From: Alphaproteobacteria bacterium
Lineage (GTDB): Bacteria; Pseudomonadota; Alphaproteobacteria; Bin95
Direction: 5' to 3'
Assembly (NCBI GenBank): GCA_965205265.1
Contig: CBDBGH010000003.1
Location: forward strand, 480,001-544,000
Length of the DNA: 64,000 nucleotides
The position numbers were made by a program, and so were the translations under genes. The notes under the pieces were generated by a model, which ran no database searches, was not told the origin of the DNA, and saw only the letters and a program-made list of their open reading frames with translations. Positions 20,513-30,393 of this stretch are shown piece after piece (the stretch's first letter is position 1; the number at the start of each line of letters is the position of its first letter).

Positions 20513-21718
20513 ATGCAGCTCGAATTCACCGCCGGGGAACGCGCCTTCGCCGAGGAGGTGGACGCCTTCTTCCGGGCCAATCTGGAGCCGCGGCTCTCCG
20601 AGCAGGTCCGGCGCAACCCCTCCTATGTCTCCAAGGAGGATATGCGGCGCTGGCAGAAAGCGCTCTACGACCGGGGCTGGATCGCGCCCAACTGGCCGCA
20701 GGAGCATGGCGGCACCGGCTGGACGCCCACGCAGAAGTTCATCTTCGAGGAAGCGTACCAGCGCCATTACGCGCCGCGGCTCTCGCCCTTCGGCATCATG
20801 ATGGTGGGGCCGGTGATCTACACCTTCGGCAGCGCGGAGCAGAAGGCCCGGCACCTGCCGGCGATCCTGAAGAGCGACGTCTTCTGGTGCCAGGGATATT
20901 CGGAGCCCGGCTCCGGCTCCGATCTCGCCTCGCTCAGGACGCGGGCCGTGCGCGAAGGCGACGAGTATGTCGTCAACGGCTCCAAGATCTGGACCAGCGG
21001 CGCGCACAACGCCGACTGGATCTTCGCGCTGGTCCGCACCGACCCGGAGGCGGCGAAGCAGCAGCAGGGCATCTCCTTCCTGCTGATCGACATGGAAAGC
21101 CCCGGCATCGAGGTGCGGCCGATAATCTCCATGGACGGCGGGCACTATCTCAACCAGGTGTTCTTCACCGATGTGCGCGTGCCGGTGTCGAACCGGGTCG
21201 GCGAGGAGAACAAGGGCTGGACCTACGCCAAGTTCCTGCTCGGCAACGAGCGCGCGGGCGTTGCCGGCGTCTCCAAGTCGCGCATGAAGGTCGAGCGGCT
21301 GAAGGAGGTGGCCTCCGTCGAGACCGGGACGAACGGCGGCGCGCTCGCCGACGACCCCGGGTTCCGCGCCCGCCTCGGCGAGGTGGAGGCAAGGCTCGGC
21401 GCGCTGGAGATCGTCAATCTGCGCACGCTGGCGGCCGAGGAGAAGGGCGGCGGCGTCGGCCCGGAAGCCTCGATCCTCAAGATCTGCGGCACCGAGATCG
21501 AGCAGGCGCTCAACGAGATGCTGATCGAGGCCGTCGGCGTCGATGCCATTCCCTATTCGCTGGAGTGGACGCGTCTCGACACCAATGAGGAGCCGCCCAT
21601 CGAAGATCGCGCGGTCGGGCTGATGAGCGAGCATCTGCTGAAGCGTGCGGCCACGATCTACGGCGGGTCGAACGAGATCCAGCGCAATATCGTCGCCAAG
21701 CACGTGCTGGGGCTTTGA
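20513..21718 (+). CDS. acyl-CoA dehydrogenase (PimC-like)
   Basis: WCQGYSEPGSGSDLASL, NGSKIWT, TIYGGSNEIQRNI. Confidence 0.93.
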   Translation: MQLEFTAGERAFAEEVDAFFRANLEPRLSEQVRRNPSYVSKEDMRRWQKALYDRGWIAPNWPQEHGGTGWTPTQKFIFEEAYQRHYAPRLSPFGIMMVGPVIYTFGSAEQKARHLPAILKSDVFWCQGYSEPGSGSDLASLRTRAVREGDEYVVNGSKIWTSGAHNADWIFALVRTDPEAAKQQQGISFLLIDMESPGIEVRPIISMDGGHYLNQVFFTDVRVPVSNRVGEENKGWTYAKFLLGNERAGVAGVSKSRMKVERLKEVASVETGTNGGALADDPGFRARLGEVEARLGALEIVNLRTLAAEEKGGGVGPEASILKICGTEIEQALNEMLIEAVGVDAIPYSLEWTRLDTNEEPPIEDRAVGLMSEHLLKRAATIYGGSNEIQRNIVAKHVLGL

Positions 21719-23994
21719 GCGCGGTGGCGGTCTTCCATCACGGCTCCCACTGGGGCGCCTTCCGCGCGGAGACGGCGGAGGGCCGCGTCACCGCCGCGCT
21801 GCCCTTCGCGAAGGACCCCGAGCCGTCTCCCATCGTCGCCTCGATTCCAGACGCGGTGCATCACGCCTCGCGCATCGAGGGACCGGTGGCGCGACGCGGC
21901 TGGCTGGACGGCGACGGCGGCGAAGGCCGGGGCCGCGACGCCTTCGTGCCGCTCGACTGGGACCGGGCGGTCGATCTCATCGCGGAGGAGGTCGCCCGCG
22001 TCGGCCGCGACCACGGCAATGCCTCGCTCTTCGGCGGCTCCTACGGCTGGGCGAGCGCCGGGCGCTTCCACCATGCCAAGAGCCAATTGCAGCGCTTCCT
22101 CGGCATGGCGGGCGGCTTCACCAACCAGCGGCACAATTACAGCTACGCGGCGGGTCTCGCCGTGCTGCCGCATATACTGGGCGGCGTCGAGGCGGCGGCG
22201 GGCCCGGTCACCGACTGGCCCTCCATCGTCGGGCATACCGGGCTGATGGTCTCCTTCGGCGGCCTGCCGTTGAAGAACGCGCAGGTCGATTCCGGCGGCA
22301 ATGGCGAACATGCGGCGGCGGGCTTCATCCGCGAGGCGGCCGGGCGCGGCGCGCGTTTCGTCGCCGTCTCGCCGCTCGGCGACGATCTGCCGCCCGATGT
22401 CGAAGGTGAGTGGATCCCGATTCGTCCCGGCACCGATACCGCCATGATGCTGGCGCTCGCCCAGGTGCTGCTGACGGAGGGGCTGGCCGACCGGGCATTC
22501 CTGGAGCGTTGCTGCACCGGCGCGGCCGCCTTCGAAGCCTCGCTGGAGGGCCGGACGCCGGAATGGGCGGAGGGCATTACCGGCGTGCCGGCGGCGCGCA
22601 TCCGAACGCTCGCCCGCGAGATGGCGTCGGCGCGCACCATGATCTCCACCGCCTGGGCGCTCCAGCGCGGCGACCATGGCGAGCAGCCCTTCTGGGCCAC
22701 CGTGGCGCTCGCGGCCTGCCTCGGCCAGATCGGCCTGCCGGGCGGCGGCTTCGGCTTCGGCTACGGGTGCGTCTCCGGCATCGGCGCGCCGCGCCACGGC
22801 ATTGCCGGGCCGACCTTCCCCATCGGGCCGAACCCGGTCGATGAGTTCATCCCCGTGTCGCGCATCGCGGACATGCTGCTCGATCCTGGCGGCGCCTACG
22901 ATTTCGACGGCGAGCGGCGGCGCTATCCGGACACGCGCCTCGTCTATTGGGCGGGCGGCAACCCGTTCCACCACCACCAGGACATCAACCGGCTCGTCCG
23001 CGCCTTCCGCCGCCCGGAGACGGTCATCGTCCACGACCCCTGGTGGACGGCGACCGCGCGCCATGCCGACATCGTCGTGCCGGCGACCACGACCCTGGAG
23101 CGCAACGACATCGCCGCCGGCCGGCGGGACCGGTTCTGGCTCGCCATGCACCGCGCCATCGGTCCCGTGGGCCGGGCGCGCAACGACCATGACGTGTTCG
23201 CCGACATCGCCGACCGGCTGGGATTCCGGGAGCGCTTCACCGAGGGGCTCGGCGAAATGGAGTGGCTGCGCCGCATCTATGACGAGGCCTGCGGGCGCGC
23301 GGCCGAACGCGGGCTCAACCTGCCGGACTTCGACGCCTTCTGGGCCGAGGGGCATGTGGAACTGCCGCGGCCGGAAAGCCCGCGCGTGCTGTTCGAGGGC
23401 TTCCGCAGGGGCGAGGAGCGGCTGGCGACGCCTTCGGGAAAGATCGAGCTCTATTCCGAGCGTGTGGCGGGCTTCGGCTATGAGGACTGCCCCGGCTATC
23501 CGGCCTGGCTGCCGCCGAAGGAATGGCTGGGCGCCGAGGCCGCAAGGCAATGGCCGCTGCACCTGATCTCGAACCAGCCGGCGACGCGCCTCCACGCGCA
23601 GCTCGACCAGGGCCGCGTCTCGCAGGCGAGCAAGGTGCAGGGCCGCGAGCCGATCCGGCTGAACCCGGCGGATGCGGCGGCGCGCGGCATTGCGGACGGC
23701 GATGTCGTGCGGGTGTTCAACGCGCGCGGTGCGCTGCTCGCAGGCGCGGTGCTGAGCGGGGATGTCCTGCCCGGCGTTGCGGCGCTGGCGACCGGGGCCT
23801 GGTACGACCCGGCCGACCCTTCCGAGCCCGGCAGCCTCGACAAACACGGCAACCCCAATGTGCTGACCGCCGACCGCGGCACCTCGAAACTCGGCCAGGG
23901 CCCGAGCGCGATGAGCGCGCTGGTCGAGGTGGAGCGTTTCGAGGGCGAGCCGCCCCCCGTCACCGCCTTCGACCCGCCCGCCACTACGGCATGA
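21715..23994 (+). CDS. molybdopterin oxidoreductase, BisC/TorZ/DMSO-reductase type, no signal peptide
   Basis: SHWG, GGSYGWASAGRFHH, NYS ligand motif, WAGGNPFHHHQD, TPSGKIEL, RLHAQL; TTG start overlaps the upstream stop. Confidence 0.92.
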   Translation: MSAVAVFHHGSHWGAFRAETAEGRVTAALPFAKDPEPSPIVASIPDAVHHASRIEGPVARRGWLDGDGGEGRGRDAFVPLDWDRAVDLIAEEVARVGRDHGNASLFGGSYGWASAGRFHHAKSQLQRFLGMAGGFTNQRHNYSYAAGLAVLPHILGGVEAAAGPVTDWPSIVGHTGLMVSFGGLPLKNAQVDSGGNGEHAAAGFIREAAGRGARFVAVSPLGDDLPPDVEGEWIPIRPGTDTAMMLALAQVLLTEGLADRAFLERCCTGAAAFEASLEGRTPEWAEGITGVPAARIRTLAREMASARTMISTAWALQRGDHGEQPFWATVALAACLGQIGLPGGGFGFGYGCVSGIGAPRHGIAGPTFPIGPNPVDEFIPVSRIADMLLDPGGAYDFDGERRRYPDTRLVYWAGGNPFHHHQDINRLVRAFRRPETVIVHDPWWTATARHADIVVPATTTLERNDIAAGRRDRFWLAMHRAIGPVGRARNDHDVFADIADRLGFRERFTEGLGEMEWLRRIYDEACGRAAERGLNLPDFDAFWAEGHVELPRPESPRVLFEGFRRGEERLATPSGKIELYSERVAGFGYEDCPGYPAWLPPKEWLGAEAARQWPLHLISNQPATRLHAQLDQGRVSQASKVQGREPIRLNPADAAARGIADGDVVRVFNARGALLAGAVLSGDVLPGVAALATGAWYDPADPSEPGSLDKHGNPNVLTADRGTSKLGQGPSAMSALVEVERFEGEPPPVTAFDPPATTA

Positions 23995-25148
23995 CGGGGC
24001 CGCTTGCCGGTCTGCGTGTGCTGGAGATTGCCGGCGTCGGGCCGGGGCCGCATTGCGCCATGCTGCTGGCCGACATGGGCGCCGACGTGCTGCGCATCGA
24101 CCGGGTGCGGCCGCGCTACCGCGTCCATGCGCGCACCGACCTGCTGAACCGCGGCCGGCGCTCCGCCGCGCTCGACCTCAAGGACCCGCAGGCGGCCCGG
24201 GCGGTGCTGGCGCTTGCCGAACGCGCCGACGTGCTGCTGGAAGGCTTCCGGCCGGGCGTGATGGAGCGGCTCGGCCTCGGGCCGGAAATCCTGCTCGCGC
24301 GCAATCCCCGCCTCGTCTATGCGCGCCTCACCGGCTGGGGGCAGGCGGGGCCGCTTGCGGGCGCGGCCGGCCACGACATCAACTATCTGGCGCTGACCGG
24401 CGCGCTGCACGCCATCGGCCCGGCCGCCGGCCCGCCCGCGCCGCCGCTCAACCTCGCCGGCGATTTCGGCGGCGGCGCGCTCTACGCCGCTTTCGGCATA
24501 ATGGCGGCGCTGTTCGAGCGCGGAACCTCCGGAAAGGGGCAGGTCGTCGATGCCGCCATGGTCGATGGCGCGGCCTCGCTGATGACCTTCGTGCAGGGGC
24601 TCTTCGCCGCCGGCTGGTGGCGCGACGAGCGCGAGGCGAACCTGATCGACGGCGGCGCGCCCTTCTACCGCTGCTATGAGACGCGGGACGGCAAGTGGGT
24701 GGCGCTCGGCGCCATTGAGCCCGAATTCTACGACGCCTTCCTGAAGCTCACGGGCCTCGATGCGGAGGCGCTGCCGAAGCGCATGGACCGCGCCCGCTGG
24801 CCGGAACTGACCGAGCGCTTCCGGCGGTTGTTCCTGACGAAGACGCGCGAGGAATGGCGCGCGCTGCTGGAAGGCACCGATGCCTGCTTCGCCCCGGTGC
24901 TGACCCTGGAGGAAGCCCCGGCCCACCCGCATATGGCGGCAAGGGGCGCGCTCGCCGCAAGCCGCGGCATCCGCCAGTCCGGCCCCGCGCCCCGCTTCTC
25001 GCGCACGCCGGGCGCGCTCTCCCGCCCGCCGCCGGCCCCCGGCGAGGACACCCGCGCCGCGCTCGCCGACTGGGGGCTCGACGAGGCGGAAATCGACGCC
25101 CTGATTGCGTCCGGCGCGGCGTTGCAGGCGGAACCGCCGGAGGAATAG
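23991..25148 (+). CDS. CaiB/BaiF CoA-transferase (alpha-methylacyl-CoA racemase-like)
   Basis: GPHCAMLLADMGADV, EGFRPGVMERLGLG, GHDINY, LAGDFGGG. Confidence 0.92.
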   Translation: MTGPLAGLRVLEIAGVGPGPHCAMLLADMGADVLRIDRVRPRYRVHARTDLLNRGRRSAALDLKDPQAARAVLALAERADVLLEGFRPGVMERLGLGPEILLARNPRLVYARLTGWGQAGPLAGAAGHDINYLALTGALHAIGPAAGPPAPPLNLAGDFGGGALYAAFGIMAALFERGTSGKGQVVDAAMVDGAASLMTFVQGLFAAGWWRDEREANLIDGGAPFYRCYETRDGKWVALGAIEPEFYDAFLKLTGLDAEALPKRMDRARWPELTERFRRLFLTKTREEWRALLEGTDACFAPVLTLEEAPAHPHMAARGALAASRGIRQSGPAPRFSRTPGALSRPPPAPGEDTRAALADWGLDEAEIDALIASGAALQAEPPEE

Positions 25149-25164
25149 TCCGGGCCTGACGCCT

Positions 25165-26448
25165 TCAGCCCAGCGCCTGCTCCAGGTCGGCGATGATGTC
25201 GGCGGCGGTTTCGAGCCCGACGGAGAGGCGCACCACCTCGTCGCCCGCGCCGGCGGCAGCCGCCTGTTCCTCGGAAAGCTGGCGGTGCGTCGTCGAGCGG
25301 GGGTGGATGATGAGCGAGCGCGTGTCGCCGATATTGGCGAGATGGCTCAACAGTTCGACGCCCTCGACGAGCCGCACGCCGGCCTCGTAGCCGCCCTTGA
25401 GGCCGAAGGTGAACACCGAGCCGCCCGAGCCCTTCAGATACTTGTCCGCGAGCGGCTTGTAGGGGTTGTCGTCCAGCCCCGCATAGGAGACCCAGGCAAC
25501 GGCCGGATGGCCGGAGAGGTAGCGGGCGACTTCCAGCCCGTTCTCGCTGTGCCGGGCCATGCGCAGCGGCAGCGTTTCTATGCCGGTGATGGCGAGGAAG
25601 GCGTTGAGCGGGGCCATGGTCGCGCCGAGATCGCGCAGGCCGACTGCATGGCAATGCACGGTGTAGCCGAGGTCGCCGAAGGTCTCCCAGAAGCGCAGGC
25701 CGTGATAGGCGCCCTCCGGCTCCGTCATGGACGGGAACTTGTCGTTCTGCCCCCAGTCGAACCGGCCGCTGTCCACCACCATGCCGCCCATCGCGTTGCC
25801 GTGGCCGGAGAGGAACTTGGTCATGGAATGCACGATGAGGTCCGCGCCCCACTCGAACGGCCGGCAGAGGAAGGGCGTGGCCATGGTGTTGTCCACCATG
25901 AGCGGGATTCCCGCCTCATGTGCGATGTCCGCCAGCGCCTCCAGGTCGCTGACGATGCCGCCCGGATTGGCGAGCGACTCGCAGAACAGCACCCGCGTTT
26001 CCGGCCTGATCGCCGCGCGCACCGCATCGAGATCGTCGAAATCGACCAGCGAGGCCTGCCAGCCGAACTTGGCGAAGGTGCGCGTGAACTGCGTGACGGA
26101 GCCGCCATAGAGCTTGTTCGACGAGAGCAGGTGCGAGCCCGGCTGCATCAGCGGGAAGAGCCCCAGCATCTGCGCGGCATGGCCCGACGCCGTCGCCGTG
26201 CCGCCCTTGCCGCCCTCGAGCGCCGCCACCCGCTCCTCCAGCACAGAGACGGTCGGGTTGGTCAGGCGCGAATAGATGAAGCCGTAGGTCTGGAGGTTGA
26301 AGAGCGAAGCGGCGTGATCGACATCGTCGAAGACATAGGAGGTCGTCTGGTAGATCGGCGTCGAGCGCGCGCCGGTGGCCGGGTCCGGCCCCGCGCCGGC
26401 GTGGATGGCGAGTGTTTCCAGGCCGAAAGCCGGTTCGTTGTCGGTCAT
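25165..26448 (-). CDS. metY: O-acetylhomoserine aminocarboxypropyltransferase / cysteine synthase
   Basis: PIYQTTSY, YSRLTNPT, HSMTKFLSGHG (PLP Lys), HLANIGDTRSLIIHP. Confidence 0.92.
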   Translation of the reverse strand: MTDNEPAFGLETLAIHAGAGPDPATGARSTPIYQTTSYVFDDVDHAASLFNLQTYGFIYSRLTNPTVSVLEERVAALEGGKGGTATASGHAAQMLGLFPLMQPGSHLLSSNKLYGGSVTQFTRTFAKFGWQASLVDFDDLDAVRAAIRPETRVLFCESLANPGGIVSDLEALADIAHEAGIPLMVDNTMATPFLCRPFEWGADLIVHSMTKFLSGHGNAMGGMVVDSGRFDWGQNDKFPSMTEPEGAYHGLRFWETFGDLGYTVHCHAVGLRDLGATMAPLNAFLAITGIETLPLRMARHSENGLEVARYLSGHPAVAWVSYAGLDDNPYKPLADKYLKGSGGSVFTFGLKGGYEAGVRLVEGVELLSHLANIGDTRSLIIHPRSTTHRQLSEEQAAAAGAGDEVVRLSVGLETAADIIADLEQALG

Positions 26449-26449
26449 G

Positions 26450-26932
26450 TCAGACGATCCGGCGGCGCTTCGAGGAGATGCGCCGCGAGTTGAAGCCGTT
26501 CCAGGAAAGCTCGCCGAACAGGCGCGCATATTCGATCTTCGGGCAGCGGTTCATCACCACGGTGAGGCCCGCCGCCTCGGCGCGCTCGGCGGCTGCGTCG
26601 TTGCGCACGGTCAGCTGCATCCAGACCACTTTCGCCCCGATCTCGACCGCCTGGTCGGCAAGCGGGCCGGCGGCCTCGGAATTGCGGAAGATATCGACCA
26701 TATCCACCGGCTCCGGCAGCTCGCCGAGGTCGGCGTAGCAGGTCTCGCCCAGTATGGTCTCGCCGGCAGCGACCGGATTGACGGGATGCACGCGGAAGCC
26801 CTTCGCCTGGAGATATTTCATCACGAAGTAGCTCGGCCGGTTCCAGTAGGGGCTGGCGCCCGCCATCGCGATGGTCCGCACACTCTCCAGCACGCCCTTG
26901 AGATGGGCGTCGGTGTAGCTGTCATGGTTCAT
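26450..26932 (-). CDS. CoA-binding protein (YccU-like)
   Basis: GASP..NRPSYFVMKYL, VDIFRNSE, VWMQL, MNRCPKIE. Confidence 0.92.
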   Translation of the reverse strand: MNHDSYTDAHLKGVLESVRTIAMAGASPYWNRPSYFVMKYLQAKGFRVHPVNPVAAGETILGETCYADLGELPEPVDMVDIFRNSEAAGPLADQAVEIGAKVVWMQLTVRNDAAAERAEAAGLTVVMNRCPKIEYARLFGELSWNGFNSRRISSKRRRIV

Positions 26933-27033
26933 GGCGGCCGTCGGTTACACCACCGGCGCCCGGCCGGCAATCCCGTTGCCTTCGTGCCCCGAAGCCGCGT
27001 GACCCCGACCCCGAAACTTGCTAGGTTCCACAC

Positions 27034-27303
27034 ATGAGCCCCGAACTGATCGCCATCCTCGCCGTCGGCGTTGCGTTAGCCGGACTGGTCCTTAATGGAC
27101 AGAGGGGCGTCAACGCCCGTCTGGACGGCATCGACAAGCGTATTGACGGCATCGACAAACGCATGGACGGCATCGACGAACGCCTGCGCGCCGTCGAGAC
27201 CGCCCTTGCCGAGGTCAAGGGCCAGCTCACCATCGTGCGCGACTATATTTCGGGCCGGAACGCGCGAGGCCAGGGGCCCACCGAAGCTGGCGCCGGCGAC
27301 TGA
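27034..27303 (+). CDS. membrane-anchored repeat coiled-coil protein (paralog 1)
   Basis: N-terminal hydrophobic helix; DGIDKR heptads from a 21-bp tandem x3 (27124-27186); LAEVKGQLTIVRDYI. Confidence 0.75.
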   Translation: MSPELIAILAVGVALAGLVLNGQRGVNARLDGIDKRIDGIDKRMDGIDERLRAVETALAEVKGQLTIVRDYISGRNARGQGPTEAGAGD

Positions 27304-27492
27304 GCTTTGTGCCCCCCGGTCATCCCGCTCTTGCTTGTTGTTCGCTGACGGTTGCGCTTGGTTGGAAGGCGGTTTGACCGCTGGATTGCAGGATGAGCCC
27401 GCATGGGCGTGCGATCCCGGAGGCGGAGGCGAAAAGCGCCACACCGCAGGTCCGGACGCAATGCAGGCCGCGCCGTCTGCGTGACATGCGGG

Positions 27493-28953
27493 TTAGCCGA
27501 GCAGCGCCAGCGCCTCTTGAGCGACGGGGCTCGGCGCTGCTGCCGGACCAGTGAAATACGCCATTGAGGCGGCCAGAAACCGGTTCCGCCACGCGGAGGG
27601 CGGCATGGCCCGGCAGTTCTCCAGTGCGGCCTCGGTGAACTTGAACTCGTGGGCCCCTCGGCCGTTAAGAGCCAGTTGCCGGCGCGCGCCCGCGCCCAGC
27701 CTGTCGGCCGGGCCGCCCCGTTGCAGGTAGCCCAAGGCCTTGCGGGCTCCCGAGGCGCGATCCCGCGGCAGTTCGGAGAATGCCGCGCGCAACGCGTCCG
27801 CGCCGTCGCCGGGGACCGCGAGAGGCTCCAGCCCGTCGATGCGCAGGTCGCGCCGCGTCGCGCCGACGCCGCGCCGGAAGGCCAGTATGAAGGCCGCCGA
27901 CTGCAGGAGGGCCAGGAGCTGCGTCTCCCCGGTTCGCGCATGGCGGAATACATGGTGGAACGCGTTGGCGGATGTCTGGGCGTGCACCGGGACCACCGCC
28001 GGCCGCGTCAGCACCAGCTCCGCGGCGGCGGCGAAGAGCGCCTCCCATATCGAGCTGGCGGACACGCCGCCTTTCAGGAGATCGACCGCCGCCCGGCCTG
28101 CGTCGAGCTCCGAAACCTCGCGGAGCGTGCGGACGAACTCATTGCGCGCAGAGTCGTCCCGACGGCCTTGTTTCCAGGTCTTCGGAACCTCTCCCAGCAT
28201 CGCCTGGAACGCCCGCCAGGTCCGGTCGGGAGGCAGGTCGCCGGTGGCGGGATTCGGGCCGTAGCCGTGATTCTGGAGTGCGGCAGCCAGAGAGCGAAGC
28301 AGGGGAGCGGCGTATTCGGGCCCGACAAGCGGCAGGAGGCGATGCGTGTTCTGCACCGCGATGGCCTTGTGGCCGATCGCGCGAAGATCCCGGATGCCGT
28401 ATCGAAAAAGGACCTCGAAGAGTTGCTCCGGCGTGGCCAGCCGGGCGAAATCGAGGACAGCGGGATCGACGGCCTCGACGTCCCAGCGGTCCAGCGCATC
28501 GACCAGGCGTTCGCGGGCCGCCTCCGCCGTCCCGACCGCAGGGGCCGGCCGCGGACCCATCGTCCAGCCGCTCCGGCGGCGCTCCGCCTCCTGGGCGCGC
28601 TTGAAATAGTCGAGCGCCCAGAACACCGGCAGCCAGCGTTCCCTGCCGGGCAGGTTGCGCGCCGTCAGGTGGACGGATTGCAGCGCAAGCACCGTGTGGT
28701 ATTTGAACCCGACATGGGGGAAGGGCCGGACCCGGCGCGAAGCCGCGACGGCCAGGGCGGCGAGCGTCCTGCGGCGGTCGAGACCGCCCCGGACCAGGCC
28801 CGCAAGCTCGGCGGCGACGCGTTCGCGGGGCGTTTCTTCCAGGAGGCGGTGCAGCGCGCCGGTCCCGGGAAGCGTCCCGGCCAGGGCCAGCCCGCCGCCC
28901 AGGCTGAATGCGGTTGCGCTACCGGCGGTGCGTAGGAATTTTCGACGGTCCAC
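27493..28953 (-). CDS. Tat-exported hypothetical helical protein
   Basis: RRKFL twin-arginine signal; repeated His/Lys motifs (GFKYH, GHKAI, VHAQT, HEFKFTEA). Confidence 0.7.
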   Translation of the reverse strand: MDRRKFLRTAGSATAFSLGGGLALAGTLPGTGALHRLLEETPRERVAAELAGLVRGGLDRRRTLAALAVAASRRVRPFPHVGFKYHTVLALQSVHLTARNLPGRERWLPVFWALDYFKRAQEAERRRSGWTMGPRPAPAVGTAEAARERLVDALDRWDVEAVDPAVLDFARLATPEQLFEVLFRYGIRDLRAIGHKAIAVQNTHRLLPLVGPEYAAPLLRSLAAALQNHGYGPNPATGDLPPDRTWRAFQAMLGEVPKTWKQGRRDDSARNEFVRTLREVSELDAGRAAVDLLKGGVSASSIWEALFAAAAELVLTRPAVVPVHAQTSANAFHHVFRHARTGETQLLALLQSAAFILAFRRGVGATRRDLRIDGLEPLAVPGDGADALRAAFSELPRDRASGARKALGYLQRGGPADRLGAGARRQLALNGRGAHEFKFTEAALENCRAMPPSAWRNRFLAASMAYFTGPAAAPSPVAQEALALLG

Positions 28954-28996
28954 GCCGTCCTATATATGCCCCGTTCGCCGACCGGCAATCGCCTCC

Positions 28997-29788
28997 CTAC
29001 TCGCCGGATTGCAGGATGAGGCCGCGGCGGCGCGCGATGTTGAAGGCGTAGGCGAAGAGGGCTACGCCGCCGGCGATATAGGCGACGTTCAGCCCGATGG
29101 CCCACAGGAACAGGTCCGTGCGGAAGACGCCCTCGATCATCACCGCGCGCATGCCCTCGAAGACATGCGCCGACGGCAGGGCAAGCGCGACCGCCTGCGC
29201 CGCCTCGGGCAGCACATCGACCGGGTAATAGACCGCGCTCAGCGGCGCCAGGATGAAGATCGAGGCCCAGGCGAAGCTCTCGGCCGCGAGCCCGTAGCGG
29301 ATGAGCAGCGCGCAGACCGCAAGCCCGATGGCCCAGCCGAACGCCATGAGGTTCGCGAAGAAGGCGATCAGCGGCAGGCCCAGCGAATAGATCGAGTATT
29401 CGTGGAGCAGCCAGGCAACGAGCGTCGCCGGCATCAGGCCGAGCGAGGTGCGGATCAGGCTCCCCAGCATCATCGCTGCCATGAGCTCGCCGGGCCTGAG
29501 CGGGCTTGCGAACAACTGGCCCAGATTGCGCGCCCACATCTCCTCCAGGAAGGAGATGCTGAGCCCGAGCTGGCCGCGGAACAGCACATCCCAGAGCAGC
29601 ACGCCCGCCAGCAGCGCGCCGGCCGCATTCACCAGCCAGCTGCTGTGCTCCAGGAAGAACTTGGTGATGAACCCCCAGAGCGCGACCTGGACGATAGGCC
29701 AGTAGGCGAGCTCGACGATGCGCGGCACCGAGCCCCTGAAGAGGTAATAGTAGCGCCCGAGCATGGCCAGGATGCGCCCGAGGCTCAT
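28997..29788 (-). CDS. ABC-2 type transporter permease
   Basis: Multi-TM; FLEEMWARNL, YYPVDVLP, LPSAHVFEGMR. Confidence 0.88.
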   Translation of the reverse strand: MSLGRILAMLGRYYYLFRGSVPRIVELAYWPIVQVALWGFITKFFLEHSSWLVNAAGALLAGVLLWDVLFRGQLGLSISFLEEMWARNLGQLFASPLRPGELMAAMMLGSLIRTSLGLMPATLVAWLLHEYSIYSLGLPLIAFFANLMAFGWAIGLAVCALLIRYGLAAESFAWASIFILAPLSAVYYPVDVLPEAAQAVALALPSAHVFEGMRAVMIEGVFRTDLFLWAIGLNVAYIAGGVALFAYAFNIARRRGLILQSGE

Positions 29789-29826
29789 GCCGGCCCGCGA
29801 GCCCCCGGCCGGCCATGGCGGCCGCA

Positions 29827-30309
29827 TCACTTGCCGTTCGCCTTCTTCCAGGCGGCGATTTCCGCCTTCAGCTCATCGTATTCCTCGCAGCCGAGCAGGC
29901 ATATGCGGTCCAGCTCCGCCAGGTGCTTCTCCGCGCCCGCAAGGTCTCCGAGCTGCAGGCGGAGTTCGCCCGCATATTCATGCGCGCCCTTGTGGTCGGG
30001 GTCGAGGAAGAGCGCGCGGGCATAGGCCTTCTGCGCCTGTTTGTAGCGGCCGAGCTCGCGGTTGGCGTAGCCGAGCCAGTTGAAGGCGTCGGCGCTGGTG
30101 CGGTTCTTCTCGATATGGACCTCCAGGTCGGCGACCGCTTCCTCGTATTTGCCGGCCTCGATCTTCTTCTCAATGGCGGCCAGCGGGCCGGACTTGTCCC
30201 CGTTGCCGCCGCTGCCGCTGCCGAGAGCGAAGGCCGTTCCCGCCATGCACAGCATCGCGGCCGCCAGTGCCCATCTGCCCAACATGCGCCTTCTCCCCGG
30301 ATGTGCCAT
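29827..30309 (-). CDS. secreted tetratricopeptide repeat protein
   Basis: Signal peptide; ADAFNWLGYANRELG, DPDHKGAHEYAGEL, C...CEEY. Confidence 0.85.
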   Translation of the reverse strand: MAHPGRRRMLGRWALAAAMLCMAGTAFALGSGSGGNGDKSGPLAAIEKKIEAGKYEEAVADLEVHIEKNRTSADAFNWLGYANRELGRYKQAQKAYARALFLDPDHKGAHEYAGELRLQLGDLAGAEKHLAELDRICLLGCEEYDELKAEIAAWKKANGK

Positions 30310-30393
30310 CCTTCTGCGATCTAGAGTTAGGCGGCCGGCGGCCCCGCATCAAGCGGCGTGTTGGCCGGCCCCGGAACGAAGGGGGGATGGCGG

